A stretch of 64,000 nt of DNA, from positions 2,056,508 to 2,120,507 of the forward strand of contig MU053588.1 of the NCBI GenBank assembly GCA_013239625.1, written 5' to 3'. Origin of the DNA: Lama guanicoe (lineage: Eukaryota). The number at the start of each line of letters is the position of its first letter. The first letter of the stretch is position 1. A program made the translations under genes and the position numbers. The notes beneath the pieces are model-generated. The model was not told where the DNA came from. It worked only from the letters and a program-made list of their open reading frames with translations, and ran no database searches. This document shows positions 39,540 to 52,130 of this stretch, piece by piece.

Positions 39540-42500
39540 AGTGGCATCAATATGAATGAGGAGTAAGGACTACCAAAACTTTTCTCCTCCATAAAATTAA
39601 TGTGAAAATTTGCAAAAAGAAAAAATAGTTCAGAATCAGCCCTCTTAGAATTCTAGAAATTAATCAAAGACCTGCAGCAATATGGAGAGCATTTATTTAT
39701 TCAAGAGAAATGGCCAGATCTCAGTAAGAACAGTGAGATTTGTAGCATTTCAACCTACCCTTGTCCCATCTCCTACTCGCCACCTACACAGTAGCCTTGA
39801 AAAACAACAGCCTTCTTTCAGGGGGAAAACCAGCAGCCTTGCAATCACCAGAGGGAGCACAGCAGGGCTGGAGCGCTTATAAAGCCGCATTCACAAAGAG
39901 TTGTCATTATTCGACCTGCCTAGTGGGTCCCTGGAAGACCCTACTTGCAAGGCTGTCTGTATTTTACCTCACTTAGAGTTTTCTCAGTGAAAAAAGGGTT
40001 CTCACAGGAGGTGACATTTGTTTTAAAAAATATTACAGGCATATAGGCAATTGTTTAACTCCACGGTTGCCTGAATTGTGGATAACAGTACAGGCAAACA
40101 ATATACTAACCAAAAAGATTAAAAAGGAGTGCTGGAGAATGGGATGTCCATAGGAGCTTTGAAAATCTCTAACACATTCTGAGAAGCTTTCAATGCCATG
40201 AACATGCACTGAGTATGGGCATGCCCAAGGCTGTGTGCATGCTCAGGAAAGACCTGAGAAAGTCCTAAGCTTTTACCTTGTGCTGACTTTGAGGCTCTGT
40301 GTAAGCAGAAAGTGAAGGCTAAGGCAGAGTTTTAAACTGCCTAACAGAGTTGAAAGCATGCCCCAAATACACACAGAGTCCCTCGGTAAAAACTGGAAGG
40401 CATATTGGTACCAGGCATTTCAGGAAATCTCTGTCCAATCATTAGCTGATCCATAAGCTAGCTGAGCAGATATTTCAGGATCTACACACACCAAAGAGAA
40501 CAGACTTTACAGAATTAGTTAAGAATAGTTGGAAAAAATCACTAAACAAATAACTAATATAAAAAACGGCAACAAAAACAAACTTGAGGAAGAGGGCAGC
40601 ATATGATTTCCAAAGTTACCCATTATAATAGTCAAAATGTTCAGTTTGCAACAAAAAATATTGTAAGACATGCAAAGGAGTAAGAAAGTGTGGACTAGGG
40701 GAAATGTTAAGAAACTATTCAAAATATATATATACTAAAAAACACACAAGGAAATTAAAGTAGTACACTGGAAAAAATATATATTAACACAAAAGAAGGC
40801 AGTAATGGAAGGATAGAGAAATGAAAAAAGACAAAAGGTATATAGAAAACAAATCACAAAATGGCAGACATGAAGCCTACCTATAGTAATTATAACAAAT
40901 GCAAATGGATTAAACACTTCAATTAAAAGACACAGATTTGCAGACTGGATTTTTTAAAAATATGATGCAACTGTAAGTTATCACAAAGAGACATACTTTA
41001 GATTCACAATACATATAGGCTGAAAGTAAGATAATGGAAATACATACAATGTAAACAGTAGCTAAAATATACCTGGAGTGGCTATATCAGACAAAATAGG
41101 CTTTAGGACAAAAACCTTTTACTAGAGACCAAGAAGAATATTTTATAATAAAAGAATCAATCCACCCAGAAAACATAATATGAAAGATGCTCAACATCAC
41201 TAATTATTAGAAAAATGCAAATCAAAACTACAATGAGATATCACCTCATACTGATCAGAATGTTATCATCAAAAAGCCTACAAATAATAAACGCTGAAGA
41301 GGTTGTGGAGAAAAGGGAATCCTCCTACACTATTGGTAGGAATATAATTTGGTGCAGCCACTATGGAAAACAGTATGAAGGTTCCTTTAAAAACTAAAAA
41401 TAGAGCTACCATATGATCTAGCAATCCCACTCCTGGGTATATATCCAGAAAAAATGAAAACTCTATCTTGAAAAGATGCATGCACTCCAATGTGCATAGC
41501 GGCACTATTTATAATAGCCAAGAGATGAAAACAATCCAAGTGCCCATAAAGATGTGGAATATATGTACACAATGGAATATTACTCAGCCACAAAAAGAAT
41601 GAAATATTGCCCTTTGCAGCAACATGGATGGACCTAGAGAATATTATCCTTAATGAAGTAAGTCAGAGAAAGACAAATACTATATGGTATCACTTACATG
41701 TGGAACCTAAAAATTATACAAATGAATCTATATAAAAAACAGAAAAAGACTCATTGACATAGGAAACAAGCCTATGGTTACCAAAGGGGAGAGAGAGGGA
41801 GGGAGGGAGGGACACATTAGGAGTATGATATTAACAGATACAAACTACTATACATCAAATAGATAAGCAATGAGGATTTACTGTATAGCACAGGGAATTA
41901 TATTCAATATCTTATAATAACCTATAATGGAATATAATCTGAATAAAATAACTGAAACACTTTGCTGTACACCTGAAACTAACACAATATTATAAATCAA
42001 TTATACTTCAATAAAAAGAAGACATAACAATTATAAACATATATGACCTAACAAAAGAGCCCCAAAATACGTAAAGTAAAAACTAACAGAATTAAAAGAA
42101 GAAATAAACAATTCAACAATAGTTGGACACTACAGCATCCTACTTTCAATAGTGAACAGAACAGCTAGACAGAAGATCAACAAGAAAACAGAAGAGATGA
42201 ATAACACAGTAAAGCAACTAGACATAATAGACGACTATAAAACATGCCACCCACCAACAGCAGAGTACATGTTCTTCTCAAACATGCATGGGACAATCTC
42301 CAAGACAGAACCACTAGCTAGATCACAGAACAAACTTCAGTAAATATATAAGGATTCTAATCACACAAAACATGTTCTTCAACAACAGAATTAAATTAAA
42401 AATCAATGACAGAAGGAAGTTTGGAAGATTCACAAAAATGTGGAAATTAAACAACATACTCTTTATTAACCAATGAATTAAAGAGGGGAATTTAGTAAAT

Positions 42501-42630
42501 ACTTTGAGATGAATGAAAATGAAAACACAACATACAAAAATTTATGGGATACAGTGAAAGCAGTGCCCAGAAGAAAATTTTAAATGACTACATTTTTAAA
42601 ATCTCAAATCAATAACCTAACCTTCCACCA
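39540..42630 (+). mobile_element. Old LINE-1 (5'UTR-like region to ORF2 endonuclease), interrupted by a younger L1 3' end
   Basis: Endonuclease-region motifs (aatgcaaatggattaaacacttcaattaaaagaca, tttatgggatacagtgaaagcagtg); stops abruptly at ~42630. Confidence 0.75.
41181..42017 (+). mobile_element. LINE-1 3' end nested in an older L1
   Basis: [11 protein letters not shown]..., 3'UTR, aataaaaa; TSD-like agaaaacataata / agaagacataaca. Confidence 0.9.
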
Positions 42631-43149
42631 AAGTCCATTCCTTCTCTATGATGGTTTCCTCTCCTGTTAAGTGGGATGGAAGCGGCCTCTAGGCACACAT
42701 CATTGGGAAAGGTCTAGACCCAGACTGGGCATCCCTTCACTGCTTCCCAGTTCCAGCAAAGAGCCTGGGTTGAGTTGGACGCCATACGCCAGCTGGAATG
42801 TGGCGGCAGAAGAACACGCACTCCAAGCACTGCAAAGACTCAGGCCTGGTTAGAGGAGGGAATTCTCTCCTGGACCACCCGGCCTAGAGCCTCAGGCTGG
42901 AAATCAGGTTGGCAGCCCTAAGTGTTAGCCCTCCTTACTAGTGACCTCGCTCTTGGGCTTTACCCCCTCTCAAACCCAGAGCCTAAGTGAAGGAAGGTGT
43001 TTATCTCGGAAGCTCTGCCATGCTTTTGTTTCTGATCCTTTTCCAGCTGCAGATGATTTGGGGCAAGAAAAAATCCTGTGTGTCTGCTAGGTGGTGTCCC
43101 TAGACAATGACTTTTCCATCATTCAACAGCAGTCTCCTTTTGTAGAAAG

Positions 43150-43636
43150 TGGTAATAGGGAGACACGCTGGGACCTGGGACCCTGGGCTGCAATGCTTGC
43201 AGGGCCATGAGCACCAGAATACAAAGAAACTATAAAGAGCTAAAAAAGAACTGTGTACATGCGCAGCTGGGGCCAGTTGTGAGGATAAGATACAAAAAGA
43301 CCTAAAACCCAGCTGCTACTTTTGCGTGTCAGGAGCAAAAGCAGGGTACCAGGAACAGAAGCAAGATACTGCGCATGGTCCCTGCACACAGCACCACCAA
43401 GGGGGTGGGCGGACCACCCAAGCCACCCCTCGAGCCCCACCCTTGTACCTGCCCCTACACTCACCCCATTTAAGGGACCAGCTGGGCCCCCCTCAGGGAG
43501 CAAACAGGGAAGCTGTTACTTGTTTTCACCCCCTCCTGCTGCAGCACAAGCAGCAATAAAGCCTTGTCTGAATTTCTCGTCTGGCCCCTTATCAACTTTT
43601 ATTGATTAAGAAGGCCAAGAACCCTGGTCGGTAACA
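43150..43636 (+). mobile_element. ERV1-class solo LTR (MER41-like)
   Basis: TG...CA ends (tggtaa...ggtaaca), 4-bp flanks aaag/atag, aataaa at 43555, tactgcgcatg motif, ccaagaaccc near the 3' end. Confidence 0.8.
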
Positions 43637-44124
43637 ATAGCGCCAGCCTGTTATGGTTATTACAAAGAATATCAGCTATTCTTGTTGGTGCAAACAACAA
43701 GAATAACCCGAATCAAATGGTTTAAAACAATAAGGGATTTATTTGGTTATCTCATTTATAAGCAGGCCATATGTAGGGCAGGCTCCACTATTTATAGTCA
43801 AAGCGGTCCCAGATGTATTTCTGTATGTCTTCCTTTTTATACAGAGTCGGGGGAAGGAATACACAAAAATAAGTTACCCACACTTTCATCTCTTTGTTAA
43901 TTATGCAGAGCAAGAAGTGAATGTTTTCTGATCTCAATCCCTGGAGGGAATTCCTGCTTAGAATTTGTGGCTTATTTTTTCAGACATTTTTTTCCTACTC
44001 ATCTACAGATATCTATGCGTGTTACAGAGAGAGAGACATGCAAGTATATTTTAACCAAAATAAAATCATGCTAATATATGTTGCTTTCCAAACTAGTTAG
44101 GATTTATCTAGGGCAGTGATTAAA

Positions 44125-44408
44125 AATTCATAATAATTTAGAATCCATTGGGTCAGAAAGCAGATGGGTGGTTGCCAGGGGCTGCAGGGAAGGAAAATTG
44201 GGAGAAAATGCTTAATGGATACCAGGTTCCCATTCAGAGTGATGAAAAAGTTCTTTTTTTTTTTTATGGAGGTACTGGGAATAAGTTCTAGAACCATCAG
44301 TGGTGATGGTTTATAACACTATAAATGTACTTAATGCCACTTTACAATGGTTAAATTGGTCACGGGTAAAATTTTATGTAATATGTATTTTACCACAATT
44401 AAAAAAAA
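44125..44408 (+). mobile_element. Old L1 3' terminus containing a ~30-bp antisense SINE tail fragment (~44253-44281)
   Basis: gtggttgccagggg...aatgtacttaatgccac...ttttaccacaattaaaaaaaa. Confidence 0.75.
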
Positions 44409-44471
44409 TGGTAGGCCCAAAAAGAACAGAGAGAAAAGGTAAATGGGTGAAGACAGACAGGCCTAGGGTTA

Positions 44472-44580
44472 GGGGGAGGGTATAGCTCAGCGGTAGAGCA
44501 CATGCTTAGCATGCACGAGGTCCTGGGTTCAATCACCAGTACCTCCATAGGAAAAAGAGAAAGTTGAAAAAAAAAAAAAA
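44472..44580 (+). mobile_element. tRNA-Ala-derived SINE (Vic-1 type), near consensus
   Basis: gggggagggtatagctcagcggtagagcacatgcttagcatgcacgaggtcctgggttcaatcaccagtacctcca plus polyA. Confidence 0.92.
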
Positions 44581-44826
44581 GACAGTTGTAGGGCAGTAAA
44601 GAGGGAGGGGGACTGGGGCAAACTGAAAAAGTCAGGTTGGTGATCTCTACCCAGCTCTTTGAATTGGCATCATGGGGGAACGTGGGCCCAGTATTAACCA
44701 GATTTTAGAATTCTTCACAATTAGACAGAAGTGGGGCTTTCATGTGAAAACGACCAATTTGGGTATGTGGCAAATAAATGAAGTGTTTAGAAACAGTGTG
44801 GGCCTGCAGGTCCCCAACTTACAACT

Positions 44827-44975
44827 TTGCTTTTTTTTTCCTTTTGTTTTATGAGGGGGAAGGTAATTGGGTTTATTTATTTCTTTATTTGGAGAAGAGG
44901 TACTAGGGACTGAACCCAGGACCTCATGCGTGCTAAGAATGCCCTCTACCACTTGAGCTATACCCTCTTCCCCTT
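44827..44975 (-). mobile_element. tRNA-Ala-derived SINE (Vic-1 type)
   Basis: Antisense SINE; 12-bp TSD caacttacaact at 44815-44826 and 44976-44987. Confidence 0.93.
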
Positions 44976-45259
44976 CAACTTACAACTCTGGCAGCAGATT
45001 ACCCTGAAGGTTCGGCCAGCCAGCTCTAGGAGTGTGGTATACAGGGACAGGGACCAGGCGCAGGGAGGTGTCCTGCGTGGGTGACACGCTCCTCCAGGGA
45101 TACAGGTCAGCTCGCTGACTGTGGAAAAGAATACCAGCTGCACATACACTGGAGGGCAGAATCCCTATGTCTGAGCCTCAGAATAGCACACCGTTTCACA
45201 TCCAGCTGGTTGCCAAAAATTTAAAAGACTTTCAATATCCGGTTTTAACCCATAGAATA

Positions 45260-46058
45260 CAACAAATGCCCATGGGCTCATGCTGATCTAAGTCAATAAT
45301 CAAATAAGTAATGGGGAGAAGGGATGGCTTCTTTTTTCAACAGAATTCCAACTAATAAATGTAAAAGGAGAAAGGGACATGAAAAAATCAGTTAGGCAAA
45401 TTCCCCAGTAACAACTGTTCCAGACCAGATCCACCAATGGATGCTAAAGTTAGTAGGTACAATGTTGAGGAGAATCTAGATTTATGTAATCTGAAAAGTA
45501 GCTTTCCTAAGACACTTATTAATTGCAAAGAGAAAGACAGTAACTTTACAGCGGGGAAGCGCAGCACACAGTGCCTTAACCAACTGACCAAGGTCAACAT
45601 TGCCTGTAATAAGATATACTGACATGTCTGATAGGATATGCACTGGGAAGGACACAACATGCTTTGTGTGGTATTCCCAGCAAAAATGCTAACTTTATTT
45701 CAACCATGAAAAACATCAGACAAACCCAAATTGAGGGACATTCTATAAAACCTCTGATCACTACTCCTCAAAAGGGTCAAAGTCATGAAAGACAAGGAAA
45801 TGCAGAGGAACTGTCACAGACCACAGGAGGCTAAGGGCACCTGACAGCTAAATGCAGTGGGGGGTCCTGTATTTGATCCTGGAACAGAAAAAGGATATCG
45901 ACAGAAAAATTGTTAAAATTCAAATCAGGCTGGTAGTTAATAATGTGGTACCAATGTTAATTTCCAGTTTTTGATCATTGTACTATAGTGTTAATATCAG
46001 GGTAAAGATACATGGGAATTCTCTACTATATGAACATTTTCTCTAAGTCTAAAATTAC
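45260..46058 (+). mobile_element. Old LINE-1 3'UTR (L1MC-like)
   Basis: aaacatcagacaaacccaaattgagggacattcta...gatcctggaacagaaaaagga...tctctaagtctaaaatt. Confidence 0.75.
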
Positions 46059-46414
46059 CTAGTATAGCAGTTTCCACCTCACTCTCTCTGGGTCCACTTG
46101 CTCTAGGAGGGGAAGCCAGATGCATGCCATGAGGACACCATGGAGAGGGCCACATGGTGAGGAACTGGGACCTCCTGCCAACAGCCAGTATGGCCTTCCA
46201 GATGTGTGAATGAGCCACTTTGGGAGGAGATTCCCCACCCCTAGTCAAGCCTTGGGATGAGTGAAGCCCTGGCAGTGAGGATGAGCCAGTGATTTGAGCT
46301 AGAACCATCCAGATAAGCCACCCTGCAATACCTGACTCACAGAGTATGTGTGAAATGATAAATGTTTATTGCTTTGAGCAGCTTTTTTAGAGAAAATATT
46401 GCTGTTGTGAACAA

Positions 46415-46433
46415 TGGCCACCAGATGGCGCCT
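46415..46433 (+). promoter_or_regulatory. CTCF-binding motif
   Basis: TGGCCACCAGATGGCGCCT fits the core consensus CCASYAGRKGGCRS with no mismatch; binding not shown. Confidence 0.65.
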
Positions 46434-46677
46434 GGATTCCAAGGATGCAAACAAAACAGCGGCCAACAGTATAAAGAGGTCAATGCCTCTGAGATCACTT
46501 ATAAATGTATCACTAGCCTAATAAAAATGTCATCGGGTTTTTTTTTCCCTAGAGCTAGACAACTTGACTATAAGGGTCATTTGGAAGTACAACAGGCAAA
46601 GATGGGGAAAAAACTGAAAAAGAAGGAAAAGGAGGGAAAAAGGGAATAGCTCTACCAGATATTAAAAAATAATATAA

Positions 46678-46795
46678 GGGGCAGGGTAGAGCTCAGTGGT
46701 AGAGTGCATGCACGAGGTCCTGGGTTCAATCCCCAGTACCTCCACTAAAAGACTAATTAAATAAATATCCCTAATTACCACCCCCCAAATACATA
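46678..46795 (+). mobile_element. tRNA-Ala-derived SINE (Vic-1 type) with a short internal deletion
   Basis: gctcagtggtagagtgcatgcacgaggtcctgggttcaatccccagtacctcca. Confidence 0.9.
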
Positions 46796-47602
46796 TATAA
46801 CAATGTGTTACTGGTGCATCAATGAGTATACAGATCAAGGGAAGGATTAGAAAATCCATAAGTAGAAGCTATTACTTATGGAAATTTATGTGCTCATATA
46901 ATAGTTTTTAATTTGGGAAGGGACTTTAAGGAAATTTTTAATTTAGTCGTGTTGAAGCAAATAGATAAACAAAAAGAAAAGCTTGAATCCATTCCTCACA
47001 TCGGTTACCAAACTAAATTCAAAGTGTATCAAAGACCTAAATGGAAAATTACAACCTCACAAATAATAAAACATCCATGAGTGTCCTAATGACCCGGGAG
47101 TGGGGTAAACTTGCCAAACTGTTCAATCAAAATCCAGAAACAATGAAAGAGAATTTTGTTAAATGACCAAGCAAAAATGAAAACCTCTTGCAGGTTCGAA
47201 ATGTTAGCCTACCATACGCAAACTAGAAACTACAGATGATAAAATGAAAAACAAATTTACAGTTATATCATAGACAAAGGGCTAGTACCCCTAAAATATA
47301 AAGAGCATCTAAAAACTGAGGCCAAAAAGACCAAGAAAACTATTGAAAGTGGGCAAGATCTATGAAGAGGAAGTTCACATAAAAAGGAATGCAAATATCC
47401 CCTTCATATACAAAAATATGCTCAGCCCTACTCATAATTTTTTAAAACCACAAATTCAAACCACACCAAGATCCTTTTTCTCACCTATCCAATTAGCAAA
47501 ACTCCCAGCGTTTGACAATACTCTGTCGGCAATGCTTTGGGAAAACAGAGGATCTCACACCTTGCAGGTAGAATGCAAAAGAGTAAGCTCCATGGAGGAA
47601 GT

Positions 47603-47746
47603 GGGGGAGGGTATTGCTCAAGTGTTAGAGCACATGCCTATCATGCTCGAGGTCCTGGATTCTATCCCTGGTACCTCCACTGAAAAATCAAATAAATAAA
47701 TAAATAAACCCAATTACCTCCCTCTTGCAAAAGAAAAGAAGAAAAA
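47603..47746 (+). mobile_element. tRNA-Ala-derived SINE (Vic-1 type) nested in old L1
   Basis: SINE head and tail; TSD-like aagctccatgga / aaactccatgga. Confidence 0.88.
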
Positions 47747-48013
47747 ACTCCATGGAATGCCCCCTTTGACCCAGCAATCCCATGTCTAAGATACTATTGC
47801 AAAGACACACAGATGGAAAGATGAAATGCCCTAAGAACATGCCTCTTCATTGCAGCACTATTTGTAACAGCAAATGCTGGAAACTATTGAAGCGGCCATG
47901 AATAGGGTGCTGGTTAAATCAACTGTGCTTCATCCACAAAAATAGAACACTCTACAGCTGTAAAAAGAAGTAAGATCTATTAGGAGTATACACATAAAGG
48001 GTGTGTATGCATA

Positions 48014-48036
48014 TGTGTGTGTGTGTGTGTGTGTGT
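48014..48036. repeat. (TG)n microsatellite
   Basis: tgtgtgtgtgtgtgtgtgtgtgt. Confidence 0.95.
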
Positions 48037-49129
48037 AGTGACCTCCAAGATACAGTTAAGTGAAAAAAGCAAGGTGCAACTGGAATGCACAGTATGCTAC
48101 CTTTTGTGCAATAAGGAGGCAAAAGGTCTCCCCTGGTTGTCTGGGACCTGGCCCTGGGGTGATTCGGGCAGGTAGAGAGCGGCTGGAGTGTGCGAACCTG
48201 ATAGAGGAGGTGAGGGGTTGGGGGGTGGGCTCTGGATTGGTTTGTTTGTATTTGAAAAGCATGTTCCTGGGTAAATTATTTGCTATCTGTAAGAACTGGC
48301 TAGTCCTGACAGGGGCAGTCCTGACAGGGTCAGCAAAGCCCCAGATGTCAAATAGTCAGAATACAGGAGGGAAAAAAAGACCTGGTTAATACACCCCCTT
48401 GGCCTCTCCACTGCATCTAACCACTTTGAACCTCCCTCGGCCCTCACTTTCTGTAACTTCCCACCCCGCCAGCTCTCCTCCCACTAGCCTGCTTTTCCCT
48501 TCCCGGTGTGTCCTGGTCTCTAATCCTATGACACCTGGCTCGGGGTCCTCCTTCTCATGCTGCCTGTGTCCTCAGGTAGGCTTATCCAGGCCCATGGCAT
48601 TAGCTGCCATCTAGATGCTGATCATTTCCAAATCTCACATTCAGACATCTCTCCTGAGCTCAGGGGCCTATAGCCAACTGCCGATGGGATGTCCGCACCT
48701 GGGTATCTCTGCTGGAATCTGATCAAATCCAAAACCAAATCAGTCATCTCCACCATCATTCCCCCAACCCACACCTCTTCCAATAGTGCCTGTATTTCGT
48801 GAATGGGCACCACAGTCCATCTGCAACCCAGGCTGGAAAACTGGGAGCTGTCCTAGACTCCTCCCTCCTCTCAAATAGTAACCAAGACCTTTTAAATATC
48901 TCCTATGTGTCACCTCTTCTCCACCTCACTCCCTCCACTCTAGTTTGGACAGTTTCATCTTTAACTTGTACTATTGAAGTGGGCCCTGGATCAGACAGGG
49001 TCCGGTAAGGAAAGAGAAACCACACCAGTTACTTTAACAGAGAGAATTTAACATATAAACTATAATATAAAGAATTGCCAGCTTGGTATAAAGTAGTTAT
49101 CAAGATAATTGAAAGAGAACTTTAAGGTA

Positions 49130-49292
49130 GGGATTCTTAAAGTTTAGCCACATCGCTTGGAGGACTTGTTAAAAGGCAGACTCCAGAGTCTCTGACTGGT
49201 CTGGGATGAGGCCTGGAATTCTGCATTTCTAACAAGTTCCCGGCTGATGCTGACACTGCTGGTCTGGGGACCACATTCAGAACCACAGCTCT
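49130..49292. mobile_element. MER5A DNA transposon inside an old LTR-like element
   Basis: tctgcatttctaacaagttcccggctgatgctgacactgctggtctggggaccacattcagaaccac. Confidence 0.85.
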
Positions 49293-49924
49293 AAGACAGC
49301 ACAGAAGTAGCAACTGCAGGAAGCAGGTGCCACACCTAGAGCTGGGGGACCAAAGAGGCAGAAGAAGGGGCACCAGCCAGCTGGTGCTGATGTTCCTGAT
49401 GAAACTGGTTTTGCAAGTGTCAGAAAACTACAAACTGGATTCAGCAGCTGCTACAGGAAGGCAGTGCCGCTGCCACCACCACCACCGCGAGAGCGAAGAA
49501 GTGTTGCTGGGGTAACACTTACAAGAACAGCAGGCAAGTCCCTTCTGCATAAGGTGACCAACCATCCTGAACAGAGGTTCCCAAGGAAGCAGAACTTTCA
49601 GTGCTAAAACTGGGGAAGTCCTGAGCCAACCAGGACAAGTTCATCACCCTCCTGCAGACTCCAACAAACCCCATTGCCAAGGTCTAACACAGAACCATCT
49701 GACAAAGCAGGGATTTCCCAGCCCAGCATCACAAAGCAAAGCCCAGAAGGGTGGGTTGGGAGCTCAGAGACAGCAGCTTCATCATCTGTGCTGACTCTCA
49801 ATGATCTTCCTGGTCCTCTGCAACCCATCCTCAGGGCTGCCATCAGGAGAAATTTTATAAATAGGTACAATTGATCGTTTCAAAGAAAAAAAATTTTTTT
49901 GCCAAAAATTTCTCAACAGCTACC

Positions 49925-50794
49925 TGTGATATTGTGATTTAAAGTAAGAAGTATATATTTGGTCTTTGTCCCCTCTCCTGACACAGCATCTCTAAAACCC
50001 TGGAAAAACAATAAGAGTGACAAAAGTGAAATGAGTGTCTCTTATTATTCCTAATGAACCCCTTTCAACCATACCTCAGTTTAGAAAGCGAAGGGGTGGG
50101 AGCAGGTTGCCAGGGAACCAATCATGTGATTAGAAGGTTGGAATTTGCAGCCTTACCCCTAGACCTCCGGGGAGGGGAGAGAGACTGAAGGTTGAGTTAA
50201 TCACCAAATGCCAATGATTTGATAAATCATTCCTAAGTAATGAAGCCTCCATAAAAAATTTTTTAAATTTTTGAAAAACTAACTGAAAGGTTCCAAGAGC
50301 TTCCAGGCTGGTGAACACCTGTTGTTGGAGGTGCTGGGAGGGTGGCGTGCCGGGAGAAGGCACGGAAGCTCTACATCCCTCGCCCCACACCTTGCCCTGT
50401 CTGTGCCTGTCTTCCATCCAGCTGTTCTAGAGTTGCATCTTTTTCTAATAAACCAGTCATCTAGTAAATAAACTGTTTTCCTGAGTTCTGTGAGCTGTTC
50501 TAGGAAATTACCAAACCTGAGGAGGGGCCTGGGAGACTCCCCAACTCGTAGTCAAGTCGGACAGAGGTTGCAGGTAACCTGGAGACCCCTTACTGGTGGG
50601 ACTGAACCCGTAACCTGTGGGATCTCATGCTGACTCCAGGTAGGTAGTGTCAGAACTGAACTGAATTGTAAGACATCCACTTGGTGTCCCCAAAGACCTG
50701 GAGAATTTCTTGGTGTGGGAAAGACCACACTTTTGGTGACCAGCATTGAGAACAGAGTGGCAAGTAAAGGCAGAAATAGAGTTTTTCCTTTTCA
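49925..50794 (+). mobile_element. MER21-like solo LTR
   Basis: Starts tgtgatattgtgattt...tatatatttggtctt; aataaa at ~50447; ends ...ttttca; flanks ctacc/ctgcc. Confidence 0.8.
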
Positions 50795-51894
50795 CTGCCT
50801 ACCAGCCAGTTAGGGTAAAATTCCTGCTTTTTAACACAGCATAAAAGGCTCTTCCAAAAAAATTTTTTTTGAAAAAGGCTCTTCAATGTTATCTTCAGTT
50901 ATAGCCCAGTCTCATCTCCTTTCCCAAACTTTATGCTCCAGAAGTATATAAATCTTTGAGTTTCGGAAAGCAAAACATACTCTCAAGTTGCTATCCTTTG
51001 AATACGCTATTCCCTCATCTGGATAAAAAGCACATAAACCCCTTTTTTAAAGGAAAACGTAAGATCAGAATATATGCTTTCCCTTTAAGAATGGAAATTA
51101 GTTTTCAATCAATAAAGTGTTAGCTATATTTGAAGGCCAAAGACAATCTCAAAGCAAATGTATTTTTGAATTCCGCAGTATTTACTGTTCTCAAGCTTCT
51201 AACACCCAAGGAGAAAAAAAATAAGAACATCCCCAGTGCTAATGAAACTTGTTAGTGTTTCTTTCCTGTTAAAGATATTTATACTTGAATTCTTTTTAAG
51301 GCTTGAAACATTTTTAGATGAAATCCATAAATGAAAAGCAATGATTGCTGTAAAACTTAGGGATGGTTTATCATATCATATCAAATGATAAAAAAGATTT
51401 AGTAATCATATACTAAGCTTGTTCTTAAATTCAAAGAATATTACGACCCTTATGTGGTTATATGGTTAAGACAGCGCTTTTGCTTTTTTTTTCTCTACTG
51501 TAATTCTTTTTTTTTTTAAACCAGGCAACATGTGACCAGTCTTGTTTGGTTTTTCTCTAGCATAAATTCCCTTGCGAAGAAAGGCTGTCAAGGCAAACTC
51601 TGGGCTATTTATAGGATCCCACTGGATTCAATACCTTCCTCCAGTGAATTGTTATAACTGTTTGCATGACTGTCTTTCCACTATGCTGACCCTCCTGTTA
51701 GGCAGTAACTGTGGGCTCTGGTCTTCAGACTCCAGATTTTTAGTCCTAGGGTGGACACTCATCAAGCATTTGTTGCATGAATGTAACAGCACTTCTGACA
51801 AAACTAAATTCCAGTGCAGCCCCAGATGATAATTATTAACGCTGGACAAGTCTGTGGTTGCCCAAGTCTCTGATGACTTGCGGACGGAAACCAG

Positions 51895-52130
51895 AGTGTA
51901 GCAGGCAGGAGTGAGCGCTCTGGAGTCAGAATGCTCTGTTTGGCAGCTGCCCACTCTGTGGACTTTGGCAAGTGACTGAACTGCCCAGGGCCTGCCTGCC
52001 TTTCATACAGAATAGGGATGGTAATGACGGTTCCTACCTCCTCTATCACAGTAAGGATTAAATGAGGTGATGCTTGTTAGGTCCAGAGCACAGTGCTTGA
52101 GACTTTAGAGCATAAATATTCACTGTTGGA
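51895..52130 (+). mobile_element. MIR SINE
   Basis: ctctggagtcaga...ggcaagtgactgaac...ggattaaatgaggtgatgc. Confidence 0.8.

Noticed and set aside
42671..42890. Possible coding exon in the unique GC-richer block
   Set aside because: The frames I translated gave nothing recognisable and no convincing splice pair
44472..44546. Functional tRNA-Ala gene
   Set aside because: One of ~13 diverged copies with A-rich tails and often TSDs, and no oligo-T terminator directly downstream; these are SINEs
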